A DNA stretch of 64,000 bases from Cetorhinus maximus (taxonomy: Eukaryota), in contig NC_135886.1 in assembly GCF_964194155.1 (NCBI RefSeq), positions 2,604,001 to 2,668,000 of the forward strand. The letters run 5' to 3'. Of this stretch, positions 45,791 to 60,659 are shown piece by piece. The notes below the pieces were generated by a model. That model had not been told where the DNA came from and did no database searches. It was given only the letters and a program-made list of their open reading frames with translations. Every line of letters begins with the position of its first letter. Position 1 is the first letter of the stretch. Position numbers and translations under genes: made by a program.

Positions 45791-48197
45791 GTGTATATAT
45801 TGGATCCTGCTCACCAATTACCCCTGTCCTTGTTACTTGTATTGAATTCTGGTTGCTCAAAATCTCAATTTTAAGATTCTCAACCTTAAATGTCCGTTTT
45901 CTTACCCATTCTAAGTCTGTAACTTTCTCCAGTCCTACAGCCACTGTCCCCAGCACACCCAGCTCCTGCAAACTCTCTGCTCTAACTTTTGACTTTTTGT
46001 ATGTTCCCTCCCTCCTTCCTTCCCATCCATGGTGACCATGTCTACCTTGCCTAGACGCTACATTCTGGAATTCACATCATAAATCTCTCCACCTTCCTCT
46101 CTTCATTTAAAATCCTCCTTAAAACCCATCTCTGACCAAGTGTTTGGTTACCCCACCTAATAAACAAAGAACTTACCTTTATATAGCTCCTTTTGTGACC
46201 ATGAGACATCTCAAGGTGCTTTACAGCCAATTAAGTACTTTTGAAGTGTAATTCCTTTAACCTGCTGTCAATCTTTGTCTGATTACATCTCTGTAAAGAG
46301 CTTTGAGACTTTTTCTACATTAAAGATGCTTTATCAATACAAGTCTTTGACTTCTTCCCCTTCCTATAGATAAGCTCCTAACCTTATTGACTGTCCAGCT
46401 AAGATTGGGTGAAGAATACTGTCCTGCGCTCAGTGGCCTGACATACTATCACAGTAAGATGGTGTGGTACAGGGTTCCTGTGAGACATTCCAGCTGATTT
46501 TCTTTTCTCTTTTGCTTGCACTCCACCATTGAGTGGGCTCATGCTAGTCCATAGTTAACTCTGTAGTTGCTGGTACCTTACGCAAGTGGCCAGTCTTCAG
46601 GTATAACCCTATATGGTTAATATCACCAAATAAAGGTGTTGCTGAGCCCAGCTTACCAACCCCCACCCCCCAATTTACATACACACCTTCAGCAAGGCTC
46701 ACTAGATAGTAATCAGAGCTGATGAACTCTGGAATACTTTCTGTCTGGGCACCAGGCCTTTTTTAGTACCAAGGTTAGATCAGCTAATTCAGAAATGATT
46801 GGGAATCAAATCTGATGTCCTCTGGTCTGTATGATTTTTGTCTTTATACAATCTGTGGATTGAGAGTCAGTATGTATCTTCTGTTTCAAGTTGCAAATGC
46901 CTGTTCCTTTCTGGATTTTAAATTGCAGCAAGATGTTTTTTCCCAACTATTTCTCTGTAACATGTTAAACATGTTGATAAGCTTTTCTGTAATTGTAAGA
47001 TATTATTCTTGTTTTCAGTCCAGTCTTCAGCAAGTTCTTCTCTAAAAGTGGATGGTGAGTTTTCTGATGTTCATACTGGTTGAATGGTCAATAAATTACA
47101 CATTGTGTCACTGTTAATTCAACTCTCACTGCATTGTTAAAACATGGGATCTTATCAAGCAACTGTGCATGTGAAGCATATGTACTGACTCAATGAATGT
47201 TGTGCAAAATGAGCCAGAGGAAATGTGATGATCAAGCGGTCCCCTATTACAAAGCTGAAAACTCTTATGTTTTGAATGTTTTCGTGTCTTTCATTGGAGG
47301 TCTGACTCATGCTGTGATTCAATTCAGTTCTCAGAGCAGTGCTCTGAAACTTCAGCTAAGTGGGCATTCTTGAGAAAGCGAATGTTCGCAGGCCAGTCAA
47401 ATTCAGAGGCATCTCAGCCAAATGTCTGATGCCCACCTGTCCGCATTCCAGCTGGGATGATTGGATAGTGACTGCAATGCCTGTGGACAAGGTTTATGTA
47501 GTTAGCTTCAGCACCTTCAGCTCCTATAATAGCCAGCCCAGTTGTAACGGTCTCTTCTACCTCTTTTAGATCAGCCAACTCAGTATAGATCTAGAATTCA
47601 AACGTAGAGCTATCATATATTGTTCTCTATCACACTGGATAACACGTTTATCCTCGGGGCTTTTTGGAACAGGATTGAGGCAGGGTGTAAAAGAAAATCA
47701 TCTTGTTTTGCACTTTGTATCCAGCAGTAACTTGTTTCACTTCTAAGTAATTTGGCAGTGACTTTCATCTCTAAGATAATATCTACTTCATTTGTATACA
47801 TTTGCAAAGAGAATCCTAGAATGGTTACAGCATAGAAGGAGGCCATTCGGCCCGTTGAGCCCTTGCCGGCTCTCTGCGAGAACAGTTTAGCTAGTCCCGC
47901 ACCCCGGCCCTTTCCCCATAGCTCTGCAAATATTTTCCCTTCAGGCGCTTATCCAACTCTCTTCTGAGAGTTATGATTGAATTTGTCTCTAGCGCTCTTT
48001 TAGGCAGCGCATTCCAGATCCTAACCACTCACCGTGCATCAAAGTTTTCCCTCATGTCACCTTTGGTCCTTTTGCTAATCACTTTAAATCTGTGTCCTCA
48101 GGCTCTCGACCCTTCTGCCAACGGGAACAGTTCCCTGCTATATCCACTGTCTAGATCCTTTCTGAGCAAATGCTAAGGCATTTATGTAGTTGACAAT

Positions 48198-48407
48198 AGG
48201 ATAAAGGCAAAATACTGCGGATGCTGGAAATCTGAAGCAAAAACAAAAATAGCTGGAAAAACTTGGCAGGTCTGACCGCGTCTGTGGAGAGAAAGACAGA
48301 GTTAACGCTTCAAAAGAAGCCATACAGACTCGAAACGTTAACTCCGTCTTCCTCTCCACAGATGCGGTCAGATCTGCTGAGTTTTTTCAGCTATTTTTTG
48401 TTTTTGT
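48198..48407. mobile_element. Penelope-type inverted-arm insertion with 13-bp TSD
   Basis: TGTAGTTGACAAT at 48185-48197 and 48408-48420. The arms at about 48235-48307 and 48336-48407 are inverted copies. Confidence 0.7.
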
Positions 48408-49090
48408 TGTAGTTGACAATCGTTTATTTCAATACAATGTCTTTCATAAATCTAGACATCCTAAAGCAGTTCACAGGGCAGCATTGGACACTAACTAGGC
48501 AGAAAGGAACGGAGGTATATTTTGAGGACGATATTGAAGAATGTGGAGACAAGGGGGATAAAGAAGAAAACAGCGGTCAGAGATATGGAGGTGCTCACTG
48601 GAACATGGGGACAGCAGATTTTGAATATTGGAACGTGGCTGTGGAGGATTTACTTAAGTCAACACAACAGCTGTGATCTTACTAATGTTGGAGTTGGCGA
48701 AAGTTTTGGTTCATCAAATACTTGATGCCAAACAAGCAGTTGGACAGCATGATAGTGGTCATGGAATTGAGGGCAAAACAGACAAATGGGGTTGAATGTC
48801 ATCCATGTAGATAAAGAAGCTGGGCCCCGATGTTTAGAGATGCTGTTATCAATGGAGAACATGTCGGGAAGAAGTAGATGGGTGACTAGGATGGAGGCAT
48901 GTCTCACACTGGAAGTAACTGAACATAAGCAGAGGAGCCATTAACAGAGATTAACTGACCGTACTGGGATGGGTCGGAATGAAGTTAGGGAAGGTAATGC
49001 CTTACAGGTTCATCACTGATAACTTGTAATGAAGCTGGGAAGAATGGTCAATTATGTTGAAGGCAGTAGAGAGGTCAAGGAAGAATAAAG

Positions 49091-49276
49091 TAAAAGCAAA
49101 AAACTGAGGATGCTGGAAATCCAAAACAAAAAGAAAAATACCTGGAAAAACTCAGCAGACCTGGCAGCATCTGCGGAGAGGAACACAGTTAATTTAGTTC
49201 TGTTGAAGGGTCATTCGGACTCGAAACGTTAACTGTGCTCCTCTCCGCAGATGCTGCCAGACCTGCTGAGTTTTTC
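49091..49276. mobile_element. Penelope-type inverted-arm insertion with 15-bp TSD and hammerhead-like core
   Basis: CAAGGAAGAATAAAG at 49076-49090 and 49277-49291; hammerhead-like fold at 49196-49234. Confidence 0.7.
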
Positions 49277-52200
49277 CAAGGAAGAATAAAGCTCTGTATC
49301 AGCAGTCACATCATTGATATCTTCATACCGAAAATGTGGAGTGGTGGGAGAGATGCACATGAAATCAGTTGGTGCTGTATTCTTTATAACGGAAGAAGGG
49401 AGCACTGGCATTTATACTGTTCATGACCACAGGATGTGCCAAAGTTATTTATTGTCGGTGAATTGTTCCTGAAGTGTATTCAAGAATTTAGGTAAATATG
49501 GCAGCCAGTTTGCTCACAGCACCTTCAGCAATGAGATAAATAACTAATCTGTTTTTTTTAGAAATATTGAAGATAAAAGTGTTGGCAAGGAGAGTGCCAT
49601 GGGGTCCTTTATGCATAATGAACAGGCAGCTCACCTGAAAGATGGCACTTCTAACAATGCAACACTCCCTCGGTACTACACTGAATTATCGAGCTAGATC
49701 CTGTTTCTGGAATGAAGCTTGAACGTGCCCCCCCCCAAATCTCCTGACTCAAGCAGAATGTTGCAGCAAGGCCTAGCTGATCTGAAAGGCAGTTGGAAGT
49801 TTCCTGGTCATTTTGCTTTCTTTGGTAAACTCAGTTAAGCTACTGGAGGAGCTAAAGTGTTAATGCTTTGTTCAAATTTACTTTATAAATTTTTTAATCT
49901 TATGACACATCAGTACATAGAGTCAGTAAAATTTTGGCATGATACACTGGGAAAGAATTATCGTGTGGGTGTTATAGTTGATCCCAGCTTCTCTGAGCTG
50001 TGTGGAGGGGGAAATTAACCAATAATCCCTCACCGCTATCTAGTGACTCCTGTTGGAATAGTCTGTGTTTGGACAAAGGGTTGCATGGCTGTGATGTCAT
50101 CCACAGTTGAATAGCTTGGTAGCACTCAATAACCAAATTTGTACATGAAGAAGGATGAGTTGGATGAAATACCAGCGGGTTGTGTGTGCTTGTGGAACCG
50201 CACCCCAGTGAGCTCTACCTTTAAGGAAGGAGAACATATGGGAAAGGAAATAGAAAGGGAATGTACAGTATACTTTCTGCGAAAATTCAAGCAATCAGCA
50301 ACAACTTAATTAGCTTACTCGTGGCATGAATAGACTGGAGTTATTACACAGCGAGATCCACAGAAAGAGAAAGAAGTGTTTTTCCACAAAAATGGTGATT
50401 GTCACTGGATGCAAATGAGAATTTGACATGGCTGTTAATTGCAGATTTGAAAGGATGTCAGGGTATAACCTCATCGTGAAGTATCTTTCTTTGTTTGTAA
50501 AAGAAAAGCAAATTGAAAGAAAAATCGCACGATGCTTGTCTTTCCAATTGAGGCCTGCCTCTCTATTGCAGCACTGAGATAGAAGCTAAAATGCGACATT
50601 TCATTTGATTAGCTTTTTTGCCCCCCAACCGGCCTCACCCCATCCCCTGCTGTTTTCTGTGTGCAGTAAAATAGCAGACCAAGGTGGTGGGAAACACAGT
50701 GGAAGATAAGGGAAATAAACTTGTGGATGGGGTTGTGTTTTTCAGGAAATACTTGAGGATAGAGTCATGATCTAGGAGTGCTCCTTTAAAACAAAGAATT
50801 CTTTTTTTTTGGTTGCATACTTCAGGTGTATAGAAAGAGTAGCAGCAGATCAGAGAAAAACACACATTCCAAAAGTACAATTCGTTGTCTCAGAGATTGG
50901 ATTAATAAAATTATAAATTGAAAATGATGAAGATACAGGCTAAAGGATCCCATCTGAAACTGATACTCATTGTCTTTCTCTCTCTTTTGCAGTCCCCCCC
51001 ATCCCCCTCATGTTTCCTATTCCCTGTGCTGCCTCTTATTATTTCGGATTTCCAGCTTTCACGGTCTTTTTACCTCCACTGTTGAATTGCTAAAGTTGGC
51101 CATTGTCCTCTACCAGGACGAGTTTAAAAAAAATAACTGGCTTAAACATAAGTGCATTTCTTTTTACACATACCCTGTTTATACTGGAATCAGCAGCTGC
51201 TCCCTTTTTAAATTTCTTAAGGTATTGCCCAGAATAAACTGATACACCCTGCTTACACTAGCACAAAGCAGGGTAGTAATGCTAGCTTAAAACGGCAGCA
51301 GCATTTAAATCCCTGCATGGTAGAAAGAAAAAAAAATCAGGAAAACAGTGATTTGTATCAGTAAGCCATTTATGCAGCTGCTTCTCTGCTCAGGGTAAAG
51401 AATCGAGCTTCAAAGAGATCAGTTTTTACGCTAGTTTTACACTGGTGTAGGTTAATCCAAGGTTTTACATTAGAGGCTTGAAAACTTATACCAGGGTAAA
51501 ATCTCCAGCGTAAACGTGGGTTACTCTGTAATAGTAGAGGTCAGCTCAGTTGTAACACCCGAAGGTAATTTGGGGTATTCCTAAGGAAATCGATCCCGAG
51601 GTGGTTCCCTCTTGTTTCTGGGGTTGAAATTTTGATGCTGGTGTCCCCTTTTTAAAAAATTGCCAACTTTTTTTTGAGTGAAACTGACTTGATTTTCTCT
51701 GATATCTCAGACTTATGCAGGTCCAAGTTATTTGTGCCAATATTTTGCAATGTGTTGAATGGCAAATAAGTGAAGGCAAAAGCCGAGAAACACCCTGTCA
51801 ACCCTTATCGTGTCTTTTGTTTTACCTTCAGCAAAACTGTGGGGAACAATTCCTGCTATTGTGTAATTGTTCCAAGTTTGGGTATCTGACCCTATTAGTT
51901 TTGTGTTTAAGATAATCTGATGGCAGGCAATAGAAGCAGTAAACTAAATTTTTAAGAAAAAAATTCTAGCCTGTGCCAATCTGTGGAACTCCAGAACTAC
52001 TATGTCTTTGCAACTAAGGGTGACATGCCATGTATTCTGGCATTCTCTGCGTTTGCAGCATTTTGATGTGTGGACATTGTGGAACAAAACATCCCATTTT
52101 CGGCTGCAGCTTGTCAGAAATCACTGATGCTAATATATGTCTGACCAAACTTGAATCGTCCAGATATTGTCACTTCAGCTTGAGAGTAATTTTGGTTAGG

Positions 52201-55200
52201 TTATCTTCTGTTTAACTTGACGTGCATCAATGTTTTCCAGTACCCTTTTTCATCTTAAAGGACTGATCTTACTTGATCATCAATGGAACGTAAAATATTC
52301 TTAAGTGTAAATGAAGTGAATGCATTATCCTGCCTGGGGTTGCCATTTTGAATCTGGGCAGGCTGAGGAAACGGTGGCAGCGAGTGGTATGCTGAATGAC
52401 GTGATGAGTATCATTCTGGCTAAGAGACGGAATGGAGTCAGCAGAAACTTGCAGGATTAGGAGAATGCTAAACCTACTATTTGATATAGTTACAGATGAT
52501 GATGCCTCCTGAGGGAGTGTTATATAGTACTTACTTACACATTCAAAAAAAAAGAGTTCTTTAAATTGACGAGCATGCAAAATCCAATGCACTAATTATT
52601 ATTTTTGAATTGTTTGGGTAGCTGACAGGCAACACATTAGGAAAATCCTGTAGTCGTAACCATATGTGCTATTGAAGTAAGATGGCACGTCAGCTTATTC
52701 TCACCTTTCATGAATAGGCTATTAACACATTCTGGGGCTTTTGTTGTGTGACTATCCATCGTTAAATGGCTGATTAATGGGGCAGTCCACAGGACAAAAG
52801 GGTGCAAGGTCACCTTAGATCACTGGGGGGTGTGCTGCAGCTGGGGGAAAGAGAAAAAACAATCACACTTGTTTATAACCAGAACAGCTTTTTCTTATCA
52901 AGAGATTTAGTTCTCGAGGAATGAGTAAAAGAAAATCCTGCGCTCCCTGGTGTGTAGAACTTCTTCGCAGGATAGCTGTGATGTGGAATACCCTAGTCAA
53001 AGTTAAAATTATATGACTTAATCAGCGCTGGTTTACATTTTTCCACTGTATGTACAATTTTAGGAGAAGATTAAAATGAGACTCACTTTGTTTTTTGGTA
53101 AATAGAATTCACAATGGGCTCATTATCTTTTCTGTCTGAGTGAGCGGTAACCTGCTGAATTACGAGTGTGTTAAACCAACAGTTGGAATGATATTTGAAG
53201 CACTCGACAGCTCTTTGGTTCTTCGATACAATGATGTAAGACTGGCTGAGAAAAAGAAAGAAGGTTCAAGATGTAACAGTGCACAAAACCGAAAGCATCG
53301 GCAAGTTCTCGGGAACTCGAGATTGATGCTGGCTGTGTTTATTAAGCAGCTTCTCTAACTGCTTTTGTTGAAACCACCTTGCTATATAGATGAAGCAAGA
53401 ACCCAAAACTGAGTGTAGACAGCCACTTGCAAAAGCAGTTCTGTAGTGTAATGAAGTGGGATTATTCTTATTGTTTGGGGTGCATCATGAGGAAGTGCCC
53501 TTAATTTGTAACCATGGATGGAGTTCATTGCTGTTGTATACTTGACAATGGACTTTAATGTGTTATCAGGTGATGCTTAGTAGGTGTTTGTGTGTTTTCC
53601 AAACAAAATTGATTAGTGTATTTGCCCTGGCAACAAAGATCAGCATTAATTCTATGGAGCAAAATCAGGATTTTAGGGCATTGAAACAGTTTTTGAATAA
53701 AAAATCCGTTTGGAAATAATTTTTGAGGAGAATGATGGATATTTGGAAACGATTACATGGCTGTTATCTACCTGAAGCACTCTGTTCATATCTGAAATCT
53801 CAAGAGCAAAGATCGAGTGGTTTATAACAGTCACATGGGCCCCTAAGATTAGATTTTAACCTTGAAATCACTTCCAGATACCTGTTGAGATCAAAGGATG
53901 GGAAAAATCTGCAAAAGCTTAAAATCTGAAATAAAGACAGAATATGTCCAAAAACCACAGCAAACCAGTTAAAGGGTTTATCCTTTCCGATACTGCTAAA
54001 CCAGAATTTTCTGTTTATATTTCGGGTCTCTGTTCTTTTAGGGGTAGAGGTGATTCTCTGCCCCGCAGAAACTGATGGTGTGCTCCATATTATTGTTAAC
54101 TGAGTACAGCCATTAGGATTGTGACCCCTCTATTGCGGGTTATCAAGAAATAATCTGCAGTTAAAAGCTGGAAAAATTATGCAACGGTTAATCTGTCAAC
54201 TTGCATTCAAATAAATAGATTTTTTTACAAAATGGACACACTTTTCTTTAGCAAAAACGTGTAAATAATTTTTACACTACTGCTGTCAATAATGCCGCCA
54301 AAATTGGCTTTAATCCAAACCCTCTTCTTCGTCCCCATCCCCACCCTCTTACTTCCGAGGGGGCAAATTGGACTCAGTTACCCCCCCCCCCCGGGAACCC
54401 TGCTCGAAAGCATATGGACAAGGATCAATTTGGTTTAGCTGTGATTTCCCTCCCTTACACCAGTGATCTGGGCTATCGAATATCTGTCACTTGTGCAAGG
54501 TACAGGAGGGTAACCAGCCACACCTCATTTGTCAGCACCAAGGGGAGGAGGGAAAATTGTCAGGATTATTTTTTACTCTTTTTCAAGTCATGCTTGAAAG
54601 ATTTGGGGTCTTTCCTCCTTGTCCATTTTTCGCCCCCACGACCTTGTCCTTTGCCCCCTCCCTCTTCATGATCTAATTAACCTTCAAAATTATATCTGGC
54701 ATAAGTTAGGGAAATGGCATACAGTACTTATTATGAAGCTGCATTGAAAACTGACACTGATTTAGGGCATGTTTATATATTTTCAGGCATTGGAAAACTG
54801 TTTACATATTTCTGACGTTTGACAGTGATACAATATAAATTGTAGTGCAAAGTTCAGATAAAGTTTATAGACCGAGAAATTTGACAAGTTTTGGCATTCA
54901 GCATGTTAAGATTAAAACAGAATGAATGTGAACGTATTTTTCACTTTACCTTTTATCTTAAAGACAGTGAATTGTGCTGGGATATGGTTCATAGATGCTG
55001 ACAGCTCTCTTGTTCAACTCCCGAGTGTTGGCAGCTGATTTTTCCTGCAACTGGTTTCCACATGGGCATACTCCAGGAGTGACAATCCTTGGTAATATTT
55101 AGCCCATTTCGCTGAGGGCAGTAACTCCAAAATTACTGCATTAAATTTCCTTATAGTTGCACTAGTTGAAATCAGCTAAATCAGTGCATGGCCTTTGTAT

Positions 55201-57314
55201 GACTACAGCATCACATCATGTGGGAATGTATTGCACGGGCTGATTTTACAAAGTTTCTAAACACCACTTTTCCCTGTAATCCAGCTGTCTGGACTAATAT
55301 GTCCAGTTATTTACATCTTCCCATTTACTCTTGATTTTTATCTCGCAGCACCACTGTTTATATGTTTGTGTTTTATTTTCATAATGTTGGCCAGACATGA
55401 GCTGGCAATTGGCTTGTGTAGGGATGAATGATCTGTTTCTGTGCTGCAATTTCTTTGTAATTCTGTGATCCTATACCTCTCCCTTTCCTCCTGGTTTAAT
55501 ACATCAAGTTGTTTTTACCACTCCTCCTCCCCTGAGGGCTTGTTGGATGGTTCAGTGGGTGCCAGGTACTCTCCAGTATCTCAGCCATCATCCCATTCTT
55601 CAGTTGTGAGCATTAACTGTGCATGTCTTGAGTGGGACATCACAGCCAATCACATACACATTTCTAGCCGGTATCGCTGAATGCACATCTACAGGGTTCC
55701 TGCTTCAAATCGTTAATAATTTAGCAGCCTTGGCATGATAGTATTTCCCAGTAGAAAAAGCTGTGATGTTGGTCTTTGGTGCTAATATTTTGAACTGATT
55801 TATTGCCCTGTTATTGCATTACTGGCATTTCACTTTTATCTATCATAATGCTCCTTAGCATTTCATTCATTGACTGTAAAGCACTTTGGGGACAACTTGA
55901 GTTTGTGAAAGGCGCTATATAAATGCAATTCTTTCTTTTAGGTTTCAAAAGCATTATTACCGAAATGAAAGTTTTCTGATGGCTGGCCCTGCAGAAAGGA
56001 GCCAGCTACCTCCGTGGAATGTATAGGCTGGTGTCATGTTCCAGAAAGAAAACACATTGTGAATATGTTTGTATTCCCCTGCCACAGAGTGAGAGACGGT
56101 CTCTCTTGTTACTGTATTTTTAGTTGCATGAAATTTTGGAAATTCTTGTCCTTCTGTTGACCCTAATTTTCTGTGAATATACAGTTGATTACTATGAAGG
56201 AGCAAGCTGTTGAGAGTCTCTCCCTGGTTTTGTAATTTTGTGTGTTGGTGGATTAACAATGTCAGCTTTGTTATACATTGGTGTTAACTGTATTTATATG
56301 AAATCAGCCTTTTTTGGTTCAATGGACTTTACTGTTGATATATTATCTTAAAACATACGTCTACAGTATAAATACGTTTTCAGATGAACTCCACCTGAGC
56401 AGTATATGTAATAAAAACTTATATTTAAATCTTTTAAAAATTCAGCAATACTCACATTTCTTGGGTTACAGTGCTTCAACACTAGGTCAGTCTACCCTGA
56501 TAAAATTCTGCCTCTTAATTCTGATTAGTGTGGAGATTTAGTAGATAATCCATCTTCCATGCAAGCTCTGCCGTTGATCAGTATTCACATCTTCCCCCTA
56601 GCTGTGTTGCATGTCTAATGTCATAAGTGGTTTTACACAGGAACTGCATCTTTATTAGATTGGGTGTGTTGCACCTATAAATGTTTGCTTTGAAAAAAAT
56701 GTTTTGATCTGAAGCTCGCCTATATTAATGTAGTATATCTTTTGAAAATTTGGTATATATTAGGCATATCATTTTGTTAAGAATTTGTTTGTCAAAAATG
56801 CCATATTTTTAGCTTTGCCTTATATTTCATTGTCTTTTTTTCCAAGGGAACACTAACTGCATATGACCCGTTCCTTAGGAAAAACACAATGATCTAGATG
56901 CTGTCCAACCCTAGGTTTTGTCAAGCACATTAATACGTATTTAGATAGCAAGTTCCAGGGAGGGCGACATGAGTAATGTGTTTAGTTGGAAGTTACAGGC
57001 TGCCTGAGAACATTAAACGCTGTTCATAGTTTCAGTTCAGTAAGAATCACCTTCATGACCTTAACTGAATGCTATTCTCTTTCCCTGGGCTGCCCTCAGT
57101 CATTTTATTCCCCATGTGGTGTTGGATTACCTGCTTCACCTATCTGCTGACTTTGTTTCCTCATTTACAGCTAAAATTAGTTGGTGATTCTCAGCTGTTT
57201 GTTTACCCTTGTGTGAATCTTGTGTTGCAAACCCTCTCTGAAATGACACTCCAGGACATGTATTTCTTTACACTGTTGGAGAATATTGGTTTGTTATCTT
57301 GAGAATATTTCTAT

Positions 57315-58325
57315 GTATATACGAACATATGTATTAGGAGCAGGAGTAGGCCCCTCGAGCCTGCTCTGCCATTTAATAAGATCATGGCTGATCTGAATGT
57401 AACCTCAACCTCACATTGCTGCTCACCCCCGATAACCTTTCATCACCTTGTTAATCATGAATCTATGTAACTCTGCCTTAAAAATATTCAAAGACTCTGC
57501 TCCCACTGCCTTTTGAGGAAGAGAGTTCCAAATATTCTCAACCCCCTGAGAGAAAACATTTCTCCTCATCTCTGTCTTAAATGAGCGACCCCTAGTTCTA
57601 GGTTCTCCCGCAAGAGGAAACACCCTCTCCACATCCACCCTGTCAAGATGTCTCAGGATCTTAAAGATTTCAATTACGTCACCTCTTACTGTTCTAAATT
57701 CCAGTGGATACAAGCCTAACCTGTCCAGCCTTTCCTCATAAGACAACCCACCCATTGCTGGTATTGCTCTAGTGAACCTTCTCTGAACTGCTGCTAACAC
57801 ATTTACATCTTTCTTTAGATAAGGAGACCACTACTGTGTACACTACTTGAGATGTGCTCTAACCAATGCCCTGTACAACTGAAGCAAAACCTCCCTACTT
57901 TTGTAATCAATTCCTCTTCGCAATAAATGTTAATATTCTATTAGCTTTCCTAATTATCTGCTATACCTGCATACTAACCTTTTGTGATTCATGCAATAGG
58001 TCACCCAGATTCCTCTGAATCTCAGAGCTCCTCAATCTCTCACCATTTAGACAATAAGCTTCTTTTTTATTCTTCCTGCCAAAATGAATGATTTCACATT
58101 TGCCCACATTATACTCTATTTGCCAGATCTTTGCCCATTAACTTAACCTATGTGTGTCGTTTTGTAGCCTCACATCCTCTTCACAATTTCCTTTCCTACC
58201 TATCTTTGTGTCATCAGCAAGTTTAGCAGCCATTCCTTCGGTCTCTTCATCCAAGTCATTTATATAAATTGTAAAAAGTTGAGGCCCCAGCACTGATCCC
58301 TGTGGCACACCACTCATCACATCCT
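57315..58325 (-). mobile_element. CR1 LINE 3' ~1 kb
   Basis: SGVPQGSVLGPQLFTIYINDLDE..LADDTKIG; VQRRFTRAIPAMGGLSYEERLDRLGLY. Confidence 0.9.
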
Positions 58326-60659
58326 ATGTACAGTTCTTCCCTACCGTGTTCCAAGCCAGGCAGGTAAGAACTTATGGTCATAGTATAAATAAGGATTTCT
58401 GGTATATGTTCTCAAATCTGGAGATGTGTTTTCTGGTGTGGTTTTAAGATTTCCCTCAGAATTTCCCAGTATCATCATGGACGTTCCCTCCAAAGTGCCC
58501 AAATTCCGTTTAAAAAAAAATAGTCACTGTCCTTCTCTCTCTCCCCCCCCCCCCCACCTTTTTTTTTGCTCCTGAAGGCACTGACATGTTGGAGTCCAGG
58601 GTCAGCAGCTATTGAATTACCCAAATGGCCCTTCCTCACCTGTGAATCTTGGTGAGTTTCAAGAGGCTGTTGAACTATAGCAAGCATCACAGCTAATCCT
58701 CAAATGGTTGATGTTTCCTGTCCCTGATTCCAGTGGCCATGTGTTAATTGTAGTTGCTGCCTTGGCTCAGGTCACTTTATTCCGCACAGAGACTGGAAGG
58801 CTCTGGTCTTCAGATTTCCCTGTGGCTGCTGTGTGATCAATGGGCAGGAACTGTGTTTCTGTGAGACTGCTTCTGCTATATCTCTTCCTCGCCCTTCTCC
58901 ACTCGAGTGTTTAGAGAAAGCAGAGTGCTGTCATAATCTGGCTGAGGCATGGCAAAATGTCCCCAGTGAGGGCACAGCCTTAAAGCTAGGGATTTACTTC
59001 TGTTCAGGCGAGCATGCCAGTCAGATGGGTCAGTGCCAGATTCCACAGATTGCTGCCATTCGCGGATCAGTTATCAGATTGCACAATTTTGCTTGGTGAT
59101 GCATATACTGTAGTAAGACTTGTTAATATGTGATCACTGGCTGTATTCTAGAGAAATGTTTGTGTGTGGAACTTGGTGTTTTGCGGCATAAGCAGAGGTC
59201 TTTGGCAATACATGGTGGTGCTATTTGTGAATGGATGACGTTGATGCGTATTGCGTATTAATTGAGAAACAGTAGTGCTGAATTTTGCAGATCGGAGCCA
59301 GCAAGTGGCTTTCTCACCAAACTCTGAATAGCCTCAGAAAGTGCACTTGCTGCATATTTCTGTTTATATTCAAAACATTTTTGCTAAGGTTTTCTTCATG
59401 TAATCCCACTTTTGGACTGAAAAAACACAAGCTTTTTTTGATCCACTTTCACGTATTCTGCTTTTTGTCATGATTTATCCTCTGTTTAGGATGATTGACT
59501 TTTAAAAATAAATTTGAAAGTCATACCATTTTTAGACAAATTCTCCTCTTAAATTTTCCATTTTGGAAAATGCGTTTGGAAAATGCGATATAGATATAGC
59601 ACTGGATTTTGAATCCTGTGAATGTTTGGAGTATTTTAAGAGATGGAGCTAATGTTTCCCATCACTTTTCTAAGTCTTCATCTCTGAGCCAGAACTGGGA
59701 CTATAGTAAGCTATCAAAACTATAGCTTAATTTCTGCACTGAAAGAAGCGATTTCCTGTATCTAGAAATGCCCTGTTTCTTTTTTATCCTCCTCTGTCTG
59801 GCTTTAGGTGAGGTAAGGACTCAGTGCCCCTTGCCCCTTCCCTGCTTTCTTACAGGCTAAACCTGGAACTTCCTGCCTGCTGGCCTGTGTACACCTTGGG
59901 GAAGGACCAGGGACCAGAACTGAAGCGCTCAGTTGTGAATTTCAAACAACTGCACAAGTATAAGCTTGCCACTTGAATTGTTTGTTACTCCAGTGGGTAT
60001 TGTGCGCTGAGGAATTTGCCCCACTGCATCATTCTTGGGATTATTCCTTGAAGAAATTTGGTAATAAATAAAGTGCGAGTAAAATGTAATCTGGGTCTAA
60101 TTCAGTCTGTACAGGGGCTAGTTTTGGGAATTTCAGTGCTGTGTGGCTGTATCTGATGTCAGCCTGAACATGTCAGCATAATTTGTGACCATTTTAGCAA
60201 GCAGCAGATTGAGAGGAGGACGTAAGTACAGGATTAGCTCACTAATTATATCTTGCCAATTTTCTTGGCTTTGTGGATCTCTGCTTATTAATATCAGTGG
60301 GCTTCATTTTGTTAAAATACAATATTAAGAAAGCTCAGTATGTCAGTTTGCACTGAGAATTATGTGCTTTTAACCAATAAGTCTAGTTTTCCATTAATGT
60401 AGCTCATCGTATTTTTAAATAACTGTTTCTTTTCCAATTTTGTATGCTTACCTTTCCTCTCCTGCACATGCAGCTTATAACAGAAAATAGTACCACAATT
60501 GGCCCTAACCCTCCTGTGTTTCACTGAAATGGCCACTCTTCATAGGTGTTCACTTTGGTTCCCAAATATCCAGCTCAGCTTCTATAGGACATGGCATCTT
60601 TTTAAACATTCTGAATTTTACCAAGTGAGCTCACTCAGTATGGCACTGACTCTCCATAG

